Source: Candidatus Aadella gelida
GTDB lineage: Bacteria; Omnitrophota; Gorgyraeia; Tantalellales; Tantalellaceae
Assembly: GCA_030765205.1 (NCBI GenBank)
Contig: JAVCDB010000106.1
Location: 906-64,905 of the forward strand
Direction of reading: 5' to 3'
DNA: 64,000 nt
The position numbers were made by a program, and so were the translations under genes. A model generated the notes under the pieces. The model saw nothing but the letters and a program-made list of their open reading frames with translations. It ran no database searches and was not told the DNA's origin. Positions 19,067 through 27,465 of the stretch are shown here, in pieces (positions within the stretch are counted from its first letter, which is position 1; every line of letters starts with the position of its first letter).

Positions 19067-20731
19067 TTAATTATTAGAGTCTAAATACTGCAAAGTCCTT
19101 TCGACTATGTTCTTGAATGCTGGAGCTGCAACAGTGCCTCCGTAATAAGCCGGATGAGGATTACTGGCAGTTACAACTACACTTATAGCAGGCTTTTCTG
19201 CCGGAGCAAATCCAATAAAAGTCGCATTGAATTTACGATCAAAATATCCGCCTTCAGGATTTACCATTTGAGCTGTTCCTGTCTTACCGCATATTTCGCA
19301 ATTCTTAGATCGCGCCCGTTTACCCGAACCGTGCGTAACCACCCTCCTTAAGACATCTTTCATTTTATCACAAGTTTCTTTTTTTAGAACCTTACGTTTA
19401 ACATTTGGTCTAAATTCTTTATCAACGTCTCCTTCCCACGTAATGATCCTATCAACAACATACGGTGTCATAAGATATCCCCCGTTCGCTATAACACTCA
19501 CAGCGGAAACAAGCTGTATAGGTGTTACAGCTATCCCTTGACCTATCGGGATAGTGGTCATGTCACTCCTCGCCCATTTTGAAGGCACCCTGCTTATACC
19601 CGCGCTCTCACCCGGAAGACCTATCCCAGTTTTTTCTCCGAACCCGAACCTGCGGATATAATCATAAAACTTTTTCTTGCCAATTTTCTGAACCGCTTTA
19701 ACTGTCCCTATATTGCTTGACTTTGCTATAACATCACGAAATTCCAGAGTACCATAACCGTGTGAATCATGTAATACTCTACCTGCTATCTTATATTTAC
19801 CTTTCTCACAATATATTTTATCATCTAATGCAACTGCATTCTCGTTTATAACAGCACTCGCTGAAACTATCTTAAACACACTTCCGGGTTCATACATCTC
19901 AGAAATAGAGATATTCTTAATATCTTCCTTCCGGGCCTCATTAAAAACTTTCAAGTCATAATCGGGATAGTTAGCTATCGCCAATATCTTGCCCGATGAG
20001 GGATCCATTACAATCGCAGAGGCCTTATCAGGGTTGTATTTCTTCACCATCGCGAGAAGTTCTTCTTCAACTATGTACTGAATAACACTATCAATAGTTA
20101 AAATGATGTTTGAACCATTCTTTGGAGGTACATACCCTCTTTCATCCAGAAAAACCGTTCTTTGCTTAGCATCCCTAACAAAACTTCTTCGCCCGGCTTC
20201 GCCTTTAAGATAGGGATCCAGCTGAAGCTCGAGTCCTTCAAGGCCGTTATTGTCTATCCCCGCAAACCCAATTATATGTGAAGCAAGTTTGCCGTTGGGA
20301 TAGTTTCGTTTGCTTTCCTCAACAATATATATTCCCTTGAGCCGGGCATCCCTAACCTCATCCGCCTGTTTCTCATCTATCTTGCGTTTTATCCACACAA
20401 ACGCCTTGTCCCGGGAGAGCCGGTCTTTAAGAAGGTCTTTATCTATATCAAGGATATTGAATAGCTTCTCAGTCACTCCTTCAACATCCTTAATCTCTCT
20501 GGGATTAGAATAGATACTGGGGACATCAAGATTTATAGCCAGAGGGTCCATATGACTGTCAAATATGGACCCTCTTCTGGGTTCGATCTTTTGAGCGGAA
20601 GAATGCTGTTCTTCCGCCATCTTAATGAAGCGTTCACTCACGAGTATTTGAAGGTAAAATAATCTTATAAAAAGAAAAAAGAGCAGGGACATTGCCCCAA
20701 GGACAATAAAATATCGGCGGGTTTTATACAT
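19067..20731 (-). CDS. ftsI: Class B penicillin-binding protein FtsI
   Basis: RGSIFD, GLEGLE, EPGSVFK (SxxK), SSN, KTGT. Confidence 0.93.
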   Translation of the reverse strand: MYKTRRYFIVLGAMSLLFFLFIRLFYLQILVSERFIKMAEEQHSSAQKIEPRRGSIFDSHMDPLAINLDVPSIYSNPREIKDVEGVTEKLFNILDIDKDLLKDRLSRDKAFVWIKRKIDEKQADEVRDARLKGIYIVEESKRNYPNGKLASHIIGFAGIDNNGLEGLELQLDPYLKGEAGRRSFVRDAKQRTVFLDERGYVPPKNGSNIILTIDSVIQYIVEEELLAMVKKYNPDKASAIVMDPSSGKILAIANYPDYDLKVFNEARKEDIKNISISEMYEPGSVFKIVSASAVINENAVALDDKIYCEKGKYKIAGRVLHDSHGYGTLEFRDVIAKSSNIGTVKAVQKIGKKKFYDYIRRFGFGEKTGIGLPGESAGISRVPSKWARSDMTTIPIGQGIAVTPIQLVSAVSVIANGGYLMTPYVVDRIITWEGDVDKEFRPNVKRKVLKKETCDKMKDVLRRVVTHGSGKRARSKNCEICGKTGTAQMVNPEGGYFDRKFNATFIGFAPAEKPAISVVVTASNPHPAYYGGTVAAPAFKNIVERTLQYLDSNN

Positions 20732-20761
20732 ACCAAAAATACCTTATTAGGGTTAGCGATA

Positions 20762-21121
20762 CTAGCGGGTTTCAGCTACGGCATCTGACGTGAAAACATC
20801 AAAAACCTTATCGAAGACATTCTCACTCGAAGCGTGACCATTCATATCGGCTAGTGCAAGCTTATAATTATCCGTCTGAATACTCCTATGCTTAGCAAAC
20901 ACTATTTCTTCCCCATTAAGGGAAGTAAGCAAGTATCGTGGAGATTCGAATTTGGATAGATTATACATTAACTTGGAGTTGCGGTCAATCAGGTGGGATA
21001 TATGTTTTATGTTTTCCTGCAGCATGTATGCGGACTTCAGTGTCTCAACTCTTTGATGGACATAGCATGACGCAAGAGATGTAATCATAAGGCTTATTAT
21101 TATGGTTTTACGTATTCTCAT
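20762..21121 (-). CDS. Probable FtsL-like protein
   Basis: N-terminal TM helix plus short coiled coil; lies between rsmH and ftsI. Confidence 0.6.
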   Translation of the reverse strand: MRIRKTIIISLMITSLASCYVHQRVETLKSAYMLQENIKHISHLIDRNSKLMYNLSKFESPRYLLTSLNGEEIVFAKHRSIQTDNYKLALADMNGHASSENVFDKVFDVFTSDAVAETR

Positions 21122-22002
21122 ATTATTTTTTCCACTACTCTAAGTTTTGCGCTTCTTGCTCGCGGATTTTCTAATGTCTCCTTACGGGAAGGAGTTACCG
21201 GTTTTTTTGTGATTATACTTACCTCTGCACGTCCCGCCATATCTTTAAAAACATTTTTGGCAATGCGATCCTCTAAAGAATGAAACGAGATCACACACAT
21301 ACGTCCTCCGGGAGCCAAATAACGGCTAGCCCCTTTCAGGGCTTCTTCTTCTGCGCCTAATTCATCGTTAACGAATATCCTGAGACCCTGGAACGTACGG
21401 CAAGCCGGGTTAATTCTCTGTCTTTTATATTTTCTTCCGACAGCCTTAAAAATAATATCCGAAAGATCTTTTGTAGTCCTAATACGGTTTTTTCTTCTTT
21501 CCGAACAAATAACATTAGCTAAATGTTTAGCATGTCTCTCTTCACCGTACTTCCGTATAATATCCTCAATTTCTTCTTTCCCGAAATCGTTCACTACATC
21601 CGCGGCTGATAGTCCTTTATCCGGATTGTATCTCATATCAAGAGGACCATCTTTCATAAAGCTAAACCCTCTTTCCTCATCATCTACCTGAAAAGATGAC
21701 ATCCCTAGATCGAAAATTACTCCGTTAACCATCTTTTCTCCGGATATCTCCATTATTCTGTCGATATCTCGAAAATCTTCGTTCACCAAAATTATATTTT
21801 CCTTGTACTCTCTAAACTTTATAGCATTCCTCTCGATAGCTTCTTTATCCCTGTCTACAGCTATGATCTTCCCGTCCGGAAGTATACGTTTTAATATTTC
21901 AGAAGAGTGTCCCCCTCCTCCTAATGTCGCATCTATCACTGTATCGCCTTGTTTAGGAGACAAGTACCCGATAACTTCCTCCAACAAGACTGGACAATGC
22001 AA
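21118..22002 (-). CDS. rsmH: 16S rRNA m4C1402 methyltransferase
   Basis: HCPVLL, DATLGGGGHS, DLGMSSFQ, ISFHSLEDR, NPRARSAKLR. TTG start at 22002 after SD AAGGAG; the longer ORF call runs into a repeat. Confidence 0.96.
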   Translation of the reverse strand: MHCPVLLEEVIGYLSPKQGDTVIDATLGGGGHSSEILKRILPDGKIIAVDRDKEAIERNAIKFREYKENIILVNEDFRDIDRIMEISGEKMVNGVIFDLGMSSFQVDDEERGFSFMKDGPLDMRYNPDKGLSAADVVNDFGKEEIEDIIRKYGEERHAKHLANVICSERRKNRIRTTKDLSDIIFKAVGRKYKRQRINPACRTFQGLRIFVNDELGAEEEALKGASRYLAPGGRMCVISFHSLEDRIAKNVFKDMAGRAEVSIITKKPVTPSRKETLENPRARSAKLRVVEKII

Positions 22003-22018
22003 TGTAATGTTCTCCTTT

Positions 22019-22230
22019 TGATTCGTGATTCGTAAGTCGTGACTCGTGAACAGTAAACGGTGAATAGTTATCTGTTGACCATAGACTATTGACAATTGAC
22101 TATTGACCTTTCAATTTTCACAGCAGTCGATCTCTACCTTTTAGACTGTTCCCCGCATCAGTCCAACCTAACATTTAAACCTTTAAAACTTTTTACCCTT
22201 TTAAACTCATCATCACATCAGTCACTCTAG
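22019..22230 (+). repeat. Heptamer-array intergenic element, copy A (core type 1)
   Basis: (TCGTGAN)n(GTGAACA)n-GTTATCTG-(TTGACTA)n-core CCGCATCAGTCC-9-mer array; near-identical to the reverse complement of 23337-23577. Confidence 0.9.
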
Positions 22231-22297
22231 ACTACCCTCTACCTTCTAGCTTCTACCAACTGCCCTCTATCCCCTAAAACCTATAACCTAACACCTA
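22231..22297. repeat. CTANNNC heptamer array
   Basis: CTACCCT CTACCTT CTAGCTT ... CTAAAAC CTATAAC CTAACAC. Confidence 0.75.
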
Positions 22298-22492
22298 CTT
22301 CCCGCTCTTAAAAACTTTTTCCATTACATTAGTTTGATTTTTGTAGAAACGGCTATATTCACTTATAAGATTATTTCCGGATTTGGACACGCCTTTAGGG
22401 GGCGCATTCTTTTTTGAAGTTGTGCGGTTCTTTCCATATATGGATTCGCCTATTTCGCAGGCCTGTATATACTTTTTCATCGTATTATTCAC
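22295..22492 (-). CDS. Small hypothetical protein
   Basis: 65-aa ORF overlapping the stop of the upstream small ORF; no recognisable motif. Confidence 0.4.
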   Translation of the reverse strand: MNNTMKKYIQACEIGESIYGKNRTTSKKNAPPKGVSKSGNNLISEYSRFYKNQTNVMEKVFKSGK

Positions 22493-22676
22493 AATCCTTT
22501 ATTGTTAAATATGATCTTTTACCCAGACCGGAAGATGAAACAACATACCTTTTTACTCCGAGATGTTCTATCCCTGCAGGCAGAGCTCTCGCCTTTTTGA
22601 TCCTTTCTACCATGTTCACACAATTTATGAACTCCATCTGCTTTTTGTGAAATTTTATCGCGTATCTTCTATACAT
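22485..22676 (-). CDS. Small basic hypothetical protein
   Basis: 63 aa, strong SD (AAGGGAGG) upstream of ATG, 30 bp after the mraZ stop. Confidence 0.55.
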   Translation of the reverse strand: MYRRYAIKFHKKQMEFINCVNMVERIKKARALPAGIEHLGVKRYVVSSSGLGKRSYLTIKDCE

Positions 22677-22705
22677 GTTGCCCTCCCTTTTTACTAAAAT
22701 ATTGT

Positions 22706-23143
22706 TTATAGTTCGATCAAGCCCTCGGCAATTTCTTCATAATTCTGCTTTGAGCTTTTATAAAATTCGTCCCATTTCTTTTTGTCCCATATCTCTATAC
22801 GGTTTGATACCCCTATTATCATTATGCTCTTTGATAGCTTCGCATAATCCTTAAGATAATCCGGGACCAAGATCCTCCATTGTTTATCCGGCATAGCTTC
22901 AAATGCTCCTGAAAAGAAAAGTCTCTTAAATTTTCTGACCTCTCTCTTTGTAAAAGACAAGCTCTTGAACTTGCTTTCCTGCACAAGCCATTCGCTCTCC
23001 GTAAAAACAAAAAGGCATTCATCCAACCCACGTGTAAGGTACAACTTTTCCTCGCCGGAATCCTTAATAGGCTTACGGAAACGGGCCGGAATTATCAGCC
23101 TGCTCTTCTTGTCTAGACTATGTGCGTACTCACCGTAAAACAC
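22706..23143 (-). CDS. mraZ: Division/cell wall cluster repressor MraZ
   Basis: (M)FYGEYAHSLDKKSRLIIPARFR, TRGLDECL, DKQWRILVP, GVSNRIEIW; GTG start at 23143. Confidence 0.96.
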   Translation of the reverse strand: MFYGEYAHSLDKKSRLIIPARFRKPIKDSGEEKLYLTRGLDECLFVFTESEWLVQESKFKSLSFTKREVRKFKRLFFSGAFEAMPDKQWRILVPDYLKDYAKLSKSIMIIGVSNRIEIWDKKKWDEFYKSSKQNYEEIAEGLIEL

Positions 23144-23168
23144 TCCACTTACCTCCACTTTAATCCAC
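23143..23168 (-). promoter_or_regulatory. Three MraZ-binding direct repeats
   Basis: Minus strand GTGGAT-taaa-GTGGAG-gtaa-GTGGAG with 10-bp period, overlapping the RBS and start codon. Confidence 0.85.
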
Positions 23169-23179
23169 CAACATATGCA

Positions 23180-23208
23180 AGTATACACACAAACAGGGAT
23201 CTTGTCAA
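23180..23208 (-). promoter_or_regulatory. Sigma70 promoter of the dcw cluster
   Basis: TTGACA-17 bp-TATACT on the minus strand. Confidence 0.85.
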
Positions 23209-23247
23209 ATATGTAACTTTCGGGATTTTTAAATTTTACGAAATTTT

Positions 23248-23298
23248 ACGCAATATATAGTGGTATGTGGTATTGAATGGCTTATATCTTGTGGATAA
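23248..23298. promoter_or_regulatory. Tandem NrdR-box-like sites plus DnaA box
   Basis: ACGCAATATATAGTGG (23248) and GGCTTATATCTTGTGG (23279), 31 bp apart; TGTGGATAA at 23290-23298. Confidence 0.6.
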
Positions 23299-23336
23299 AA
23301 ATAGTTAAAAAAGTTTACCGCCGAGACTCTGCAAAG

Positions 23337-23577
23337 GGGCGTTATTAGACTATAACCATTGACCATAGACAGAGAATGACCTATGTAGGATGAGTTTAAA
23401 AAGTTTTAAAGGTTTAAAGGTTAGGTTGGACTGATGCGGGGAACAGTCTAAAAGGTAGGGATCGACTGCTGTGAAGATTGAAAGGTCAATAGTCAATTGT
23501 CAATAGTCTATGGTCAACAGATAACTATTCACCGTTTACTGTTTACTGCTTACTGTTCACGAATCACAAGTCACGAC
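23337..23577 (-). repeat. Heptamer-array intergenic element, copy B (core type 1)
   Basis: Reverse complement of copy A with about 3 mismatches over about 145 bp. Confidence 0.9.
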
Positions 23578-23579
23578 AA

Positions 23580-23619
23580 TAAAAAAGGGGATGCGAAATA
23601 ATTCGCATCCCCTTTTTTT
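23580..23619. terminator. Intrinsic (bidirectional) terminator
   Basis: AAAAAAGGGGATGCGAA-ATAA-TTCGCATCCCCTTTTTTT. Confidence 0.88.
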
Positions 23620-23636
23620 TATTGTAAATTACAATC

Positions 23637-24074
23637 TTATGCTGCTTTTTCTTCTTGCGCCTTTTTCTGCTCTTCCTGAATCTTTCTTTTGTAACATTTT
23701 TTTGTGCAATAGAACGAGCCATTACGATAGTACCACAGCTTCTTCAGCAGGGCTTTTGCACATGCCGCACATTCCTCCGGCTTCTGAGGCTTTGTAGCTT
23801 TAGGTTGCCGGGCAGGCCCCTTCTTTACTTCTTCTTTGACCTCTTCCTTAGGAGCCTCGGGCTCTTTTACCGCTTCCTCTTTCGCCGGTTCTTTTTTTGC
23901 CGGTTCCTCTTTTGCCGGTTCTTCTTTTGCCGGTTCTTCCTTCGCCGGTTCTTCCTTCGCCGGTTCTTCTTTTGCCGGTTCTTCCTTCGCCGGTTCTTCC
24001 TTCGCCGGTTCTTCCTTTGCTGCTTCTTCAGCGGGCTCTACTTTTTCTTCTTTCTTTTCTTCTTCCTTACCCAT
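23637..24074 (-). CDS. Low-complexity KEEPA-repeat protein with C-terminal 4-Cys zinc-binding module
   Basis: SD GGAG; 8x KEEPA plus KKEPA; CAAC-x15-CTKKC. Confidence 0.8.
   Translation of the reverse strand: MGKEEEKKEEKVEPAEEAAKEEPAKEEPAKEEPAKEEPAKEEPAKEEPAKEEPAKEEPAKKEPAKEEAVKEPEAPKEEVKEEVKKGPARQPKATKPQKPEECAACAKALLKKLWYYRNGSFYCTKKCYKRKIQEEQKKAQEEKAA
23884..24018. repeat. Coding 15-bp tandem repeat (9 units)
   Basis: GCCGGTTCTTCYTTY units. Confidence 0.92.
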
Positions 24075-24099
24075 ATCTCCTCCGTTCTTCCATGTTTTA

Positions 24100-24444
24100 T
24101 TATTTTTCTTTTGCAGTTATCCACTTCTTATATATGTATTCGAGTATTCTTCCTCTATCCTCGCTTTTGATCTTTTTAAATTTGATACCACCCTGATGAT
24201 CTGCCTCCCCAGGAAGGGTTCCTCCGACCCAAGCTATCTGCCCTTCGAATATTATTGGAATATTATCTCCCGGGATCATCATCTCAAGTTCCAGATCCTC
24301 ACCCTGGTCCAAAGCCTCATCGCTTAACACGCCCACACCATCTCTGCAGAAATTATTCACCTTAAGTTTCTTTAAAGATCCTTTTCTCCGGCATATCGCA
24401 TCTAATAAAATATCAAAACGTATAAACCTTCTTTTCTCGCTCAT
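24100..24444 (-). CDS. PilZ domain protein
   Basis: EKRRFIR (RxxxR), NFCRDG, GQIAWV, GIKF. Confidence 0.85.
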   Translation of the reverse strand: MSEKRRFIRFDILLDAICRRKGSLKKLKVNNFCRDGVGVLSDEALDQGEDLELEMMIPGDNIPIIFEGQIAWVGGTLPGEADHQGGIKFKKIKSEDRGRILEYIYKKWITAKEK

Positions 24445-24532
24445 TCATCCTCCCATAAACAACAACTCAAATCTATCTCACAAAATGTAAAGCCATATAA
24501 AGCGACACTAAAACATAAACTGCTGACCCGAT

Positions 24533-24574
24533 AAAATAGAAAGGGAACGACGCGAAATCGTTCCCTTTCTATTT
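24533..24574 (-). terminator. Intrinsic terminator
   Basis: AAATAGAAAGGGAACGA-CGCGAAA-TCGTTCCCTTTCTATTT. Confidence 0.8.
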
Positions 24575-24597
24575 AAACTTCACATCAATTATATAAA

Positions 24598-24927
24598 TTA
24601 GTCGCTAAATACATATTCCGGCTCTATAACTGGCTGATAATCTTCAGGTATTGGGAACGGGAACGTTACGGTTTCATAAACGCCTGCACCTGTTCTTACT
24701 ATCGTCATACCTATACCTTTTGCTAGCCCCATTGTCAGACCAGAAAGTACATTTTCTTCAACGCTTGTTTCGTAAATATTTTTAGGAAGTTCAACCCATC
24801 CTGTTAAAACATTAGCAATACCTCTGCCTAGTTTCTTTGCAGGATCCTGAGCATAACACTGTGTGGTCATACCTACCATTCCTATGATAACACAACATAC
24901 GAATAACACCTTAAATGTCTTCTTCAT
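24598..24927 (-). CDS. Exosortase-system-associated-type membrane protein (TIGR04073-like)
   Basis: Signal peptide, KKLGRGIANVLTGWVELP...RTGAGVYETVTFPFP. Confidence 0.8.
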   Translation of the reverse strand: MKKTFKVLFVCCVIIGMVGMTTQCYAQDPAKKLGRGIANVLTGWVELPKNIYETSVEENVLSGLTMGLAKGIGMTIVRTGAGVYETVTFPFPIPEDYQPVIEPEYVFSD

Positions 24928-24976
24928 AATTCTGTTTCACCTCCTCCTCTTATATACATTCTCAAAATTCTAATGA

Positions 24977-25005
24977 AGTATATCATGCGATTTTTACCAT
25001 GTCAA
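24977..25005 (-). promoter_or_regulatory. Sigma70 promoter
   Basis: TTGACA-17 bp-TATACT. Confidence 0.8.
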
Positions 25006-25370
25006 GTATCTGACCTTATTATATCATTAACCAATTTCCTTATTCTTCCCTTGTCTTCTTTCTGGAGATCTATAAATTCAATCCCTGTATCGTACAAAAC
25101 GGCACTCAGATCCTTATCTGAGCCCCCTTTTACCACCCATACCACTTTACCTCTACACCTTACTGGTTGCTGCCCTTCCCCTATGAAAACTTCCAGATTA
25201 ACCTTATCAAAGATCTTTATCTCCTCGGTCAGGGAAACACAAATACCGCCCTGCCCTATATTCTCAATGCAGGTATCGATCAAGCTTTCTTTATCGTCCC
25301 TACACACTAATATACGACATTTATAACTAACTCTCGGAAACTTTCTGCCGTTCATTCCGTCCCATATCAT
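25002..25370 (-). CDS. PilZ domain protein
   Basis: RKFPR, NIGQGG, GKVVWV, TGIEF. Confidence 0.85.
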   Translation of the reverse strand: MIWDGMNGRKFPRVSYKCRILVCRDDKESLIDTCIENIGQGGICVSLTEEIKIFDKVNLEVFIGEGQQPVRCRGKVVWVVKGGSDKDLSAVLYDTGIEFIDLQKEDKGRIRKLVNDIIRSDT

Positions 25371-25409
25371 AATAATATACTATACACGAGTAAAAATGTA
25401 AAAACAAGA

Positions 25410-25946
25410 CTATCTGAGCTTTAATTCAAACTCATTCCCCTTTGGGGACATCATAAGCACTTTATCCTGGAATACCTCAAGCACGGTAAACCCATCGACT
25501 ATCTCTCCCCTAGAAACTACTGCATCGTTAATAATAGCTTGAGGATCCTGGGCCGAATACATTATCCCATTCAGCTCAGGCAAGTTTTCCAATATCCCTG
25601 TTCCCTTGGGTCTCTTTATAGAAACAAATTCTTCCATAACAGTTTGCTTTCTAGAACTGCTCTCATCTGCAGAATTTCCTGCCCCGGGAACAGATATAAC
25701 CCGGGAACTCTTTATCGTCTCATCCTTCGAAACTAAACTCTTAGATATAACACCTACGGCAACTACAACACAAATAACAGTTAACGCACCGACTATAACG
25801 CTCTTGGGTATCTTTATCCTGCTGAATATACTGGGACTAGGATTAGCCGGAACGGATGAGGTATAAGTAAAAACAGTATCATCTTTTGTCTGTTTTTTAG
25901 ACCTGTCCTCTTGTGCTTTTTTTAATGCTTTCGCTATTATACTCAT
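25410..25946 (-). CDS. GspB/ExeB-like membrane protein
   Basis: MSIIAKALKKAQ start, TM helix, LNGIMYS...AIIND...GEIVDG C-terminal domain; follows an ExeA-like gene. Confidence 0.75.
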   Translation of the reverse strand: MSIIAKALKKAQEDRSKKQTKDDTVFTYTSSVPANPSPSIFSRIKIPKSVIVGALTVICVVVAVGVISKSLVSKDETIKSSRVISVPGAGNSADESSSRKQTVMEEFVSIKRPKGTGILENLPELNGIMYSAQDPQAIINDAVVSRGEIVDGFTVLEVFQDKVLMMSPKGNEFELKLR

Positions 25947-25971
25947 ATGAATTTTTATACGATAAGAAGAA

Positions 25972-26170
25972 TGAACCGTTATCTGTTGACCATTGACTAT
26001 TGACTATTGACCTTTCAATTTTCACAGCAGTCGATCCCTACCCTTTAGACTGTTCTCCGCATCAGTCCAAACTGACCTTTAAACCTTTAAAACTTTTTAA
26101 CCTTTTAAACTGTCCTCACATCTGTCATTCTCTGTCTATAGTCAATGGTCTATTGTCAATAGTCTAATAA
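25972..26170 (+). repeat. Heptamer-array intergenic element, copy C (core type 1)
   Basis: Same arms and core as A and B. Confidence 0.9.
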
Positions 26171-26199
26171 GGTCCTTTTTCTTTCTACCTTCTATTCTC

Positions 26200-27042
26200 C
26201 TATACATCTGCCGTCTGACCCATCTCTGTGTAATTAAACTGTCCCTCGGTCTCCTCTATACTTTTCCTCACTACATCTTCATCTATAACATGCGCTTCTT
26301 GAACAAACCCCAACAGCAATGCCTTGTCGCATATTATGTTCACTACTCTGGGGATACCCCTGGAATATTCATAAAGATCTAAAATAGCCTTATCCGAAAA
26401 ATCGGGACCGTTTTCTGAACCAGCAACGGATAGCCTGTGCTCGACATATCCTCGAAGTTCGGTCTCATCAAGTGCTCTAACATGAAACCTAACTCCTATA
26501 CGCTGACGAAGCTGCAATAAACCCGGAGCATTAAGTTTATCCTTAAGTTCCGGTTGTCCTACCAGGACGATTTGCAGAAGTTTCTCTTTCTCGGTTTCCA
26601 AATTAGACAACATCCGTATTGTTTCCAGAGTTGCTTTACGAAGATTTTGAGCCTCGTCGATTATTAAAACCGCATTGTTCCCTAAAGATAATTGCTGAAG
26701 AAGAAATTCATTAAGCTGCCGTATAAAGGCTCCTTTGCTTTTCCTCTTGACCTCTATCCCAAAATCGTTCAATACAGCCTCAAGTAGCTGTGTTTCAGGA
26801 AGGCTAGGATTAAAGATTAGAGAAGTTTTTGTCCTGGAATCGAACTGATTAAGGAGAGCCCGGCAGAGTGTAGTCTTCCCGGCTCCAACCTCTCCAGTTA
26901 TCTCTACAAACCCTTTTCTCTGTTCTATACCATACGAAAGATGCGCAAGAGCCTCACGATGGGTATGACTGAGATACAAAAAGTTCGGATCACTAGTTAC
27001 ATTGAAAGGGTTTTCCCTTAAACCATAGAAATCAAGATACAT
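26200..27042 (-). CDS. ExeA/GspA family AAA ATPase (no C-terminal peptidoglycan-binding domain)
   Basis: MYLDFYGLRENPF, GEVGAGKTT, IIDEAQ, VGQPEL, GIPRVVN. Confidence 0.92.
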   Translation of the reverse strand: MYLDFYGLRENPFNVTSDPNFLYLSHTHREALAHLSYGIEQRKGFVEITGEVGAGKTTLCRALLNQFDSRTKTSLIFNPSLPETQLLEAVLNDFGIEVKRKSKGAFIRQLNEFLLQQLSLGNNAVLIIDEAQNLRKATLETIRMLSNLETEKEKLLQIVLVGQPELKDKLNAPGLLQLRQRIGVRFHVRALDETELRGYVEHRLSVAGSENGPDFSDKAILDLYEYSRGIPRVVNIICDKALLLGFVQEAHVIDEDVVRKSIEETEGQFNYTEMGQTADV

Positions 27043-27065
27043 ATATTCCGTTTCTCCTCGGCAAT

Positions 27066-27094
27066 ATTATACTATTAAAGAATAAGGCAGTAAA
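27066..27094 (-). promoter_or_regulatory. Probable sigma70 promoter of exeA
   Basis: TTTACT-17 bp-TATAAT. Confidence 0.65.
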
Positions 27095-27102
27095 GGGATA
27101 TA

Positions 27103-27178
27103 AGGTTTTAGGTTTTAGGTGCTAGGTTTTAGGGGTTAACATTGACCGATGAGTTGTTAGGGGCTAGGGTTCAGGGGA
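27103..27178. repeat. GTTTTAG/GTGCTAG heptamer arrays
   Basis: GGTTTTA GGTTTTA GGTGCTA GGTTTTA GGGG; same unit as 61489-61572. Confidence 0.75.
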
Positions 27179-27205
27179 GAAAAAGTCACCAGGTCACCGG
27201 TGATT

Positions 27206-27463
27206 GGGGCGTTATTAGACCATTGACAATAGACCATTGACTATAGACAGGGAATGACCGATGTTATAATTGAATAATAGAAAAAAGAGAGAAATGACGG
27301 TAGACTATGGAGTAATATTTTTTGTTAAGAGATCTTTAAAGGTCAATAGTCAATGGTCAATGGTCAATGGTCAACAGATAACTATTCACTATTTACTGTT
27401 CACTTTATACTACACTCTATATTCTAAAACTACAAACTATGAACTACCCACTACTAACTATCA
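27206..27463 (-). repeat. Heptamer-array intergenic element, copy D (core type 2) plus ACTANNA array
   Basis: Same arms as A-C, different core shared with copy E; ACTACAA ACTATGA ACTACCC ACTACTA ACTATCA near 27429-27463. Confidence 0.88.
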
Positions 27464-27465
27464 TC

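Noticed and set aside
23290-23298. Replication origin
   Set aside because: Single DnaA box; others (4157, 20389, 47697, 50646) are scattered, mostly in coding DNA; no box cluster and no dnaA.
23655-24327. Plus-strand ORFs with RRFFL/AGSSF/PVLPS repeats
   Set aside because: Antisense shadows of the KEEPA 15-bp repeat.
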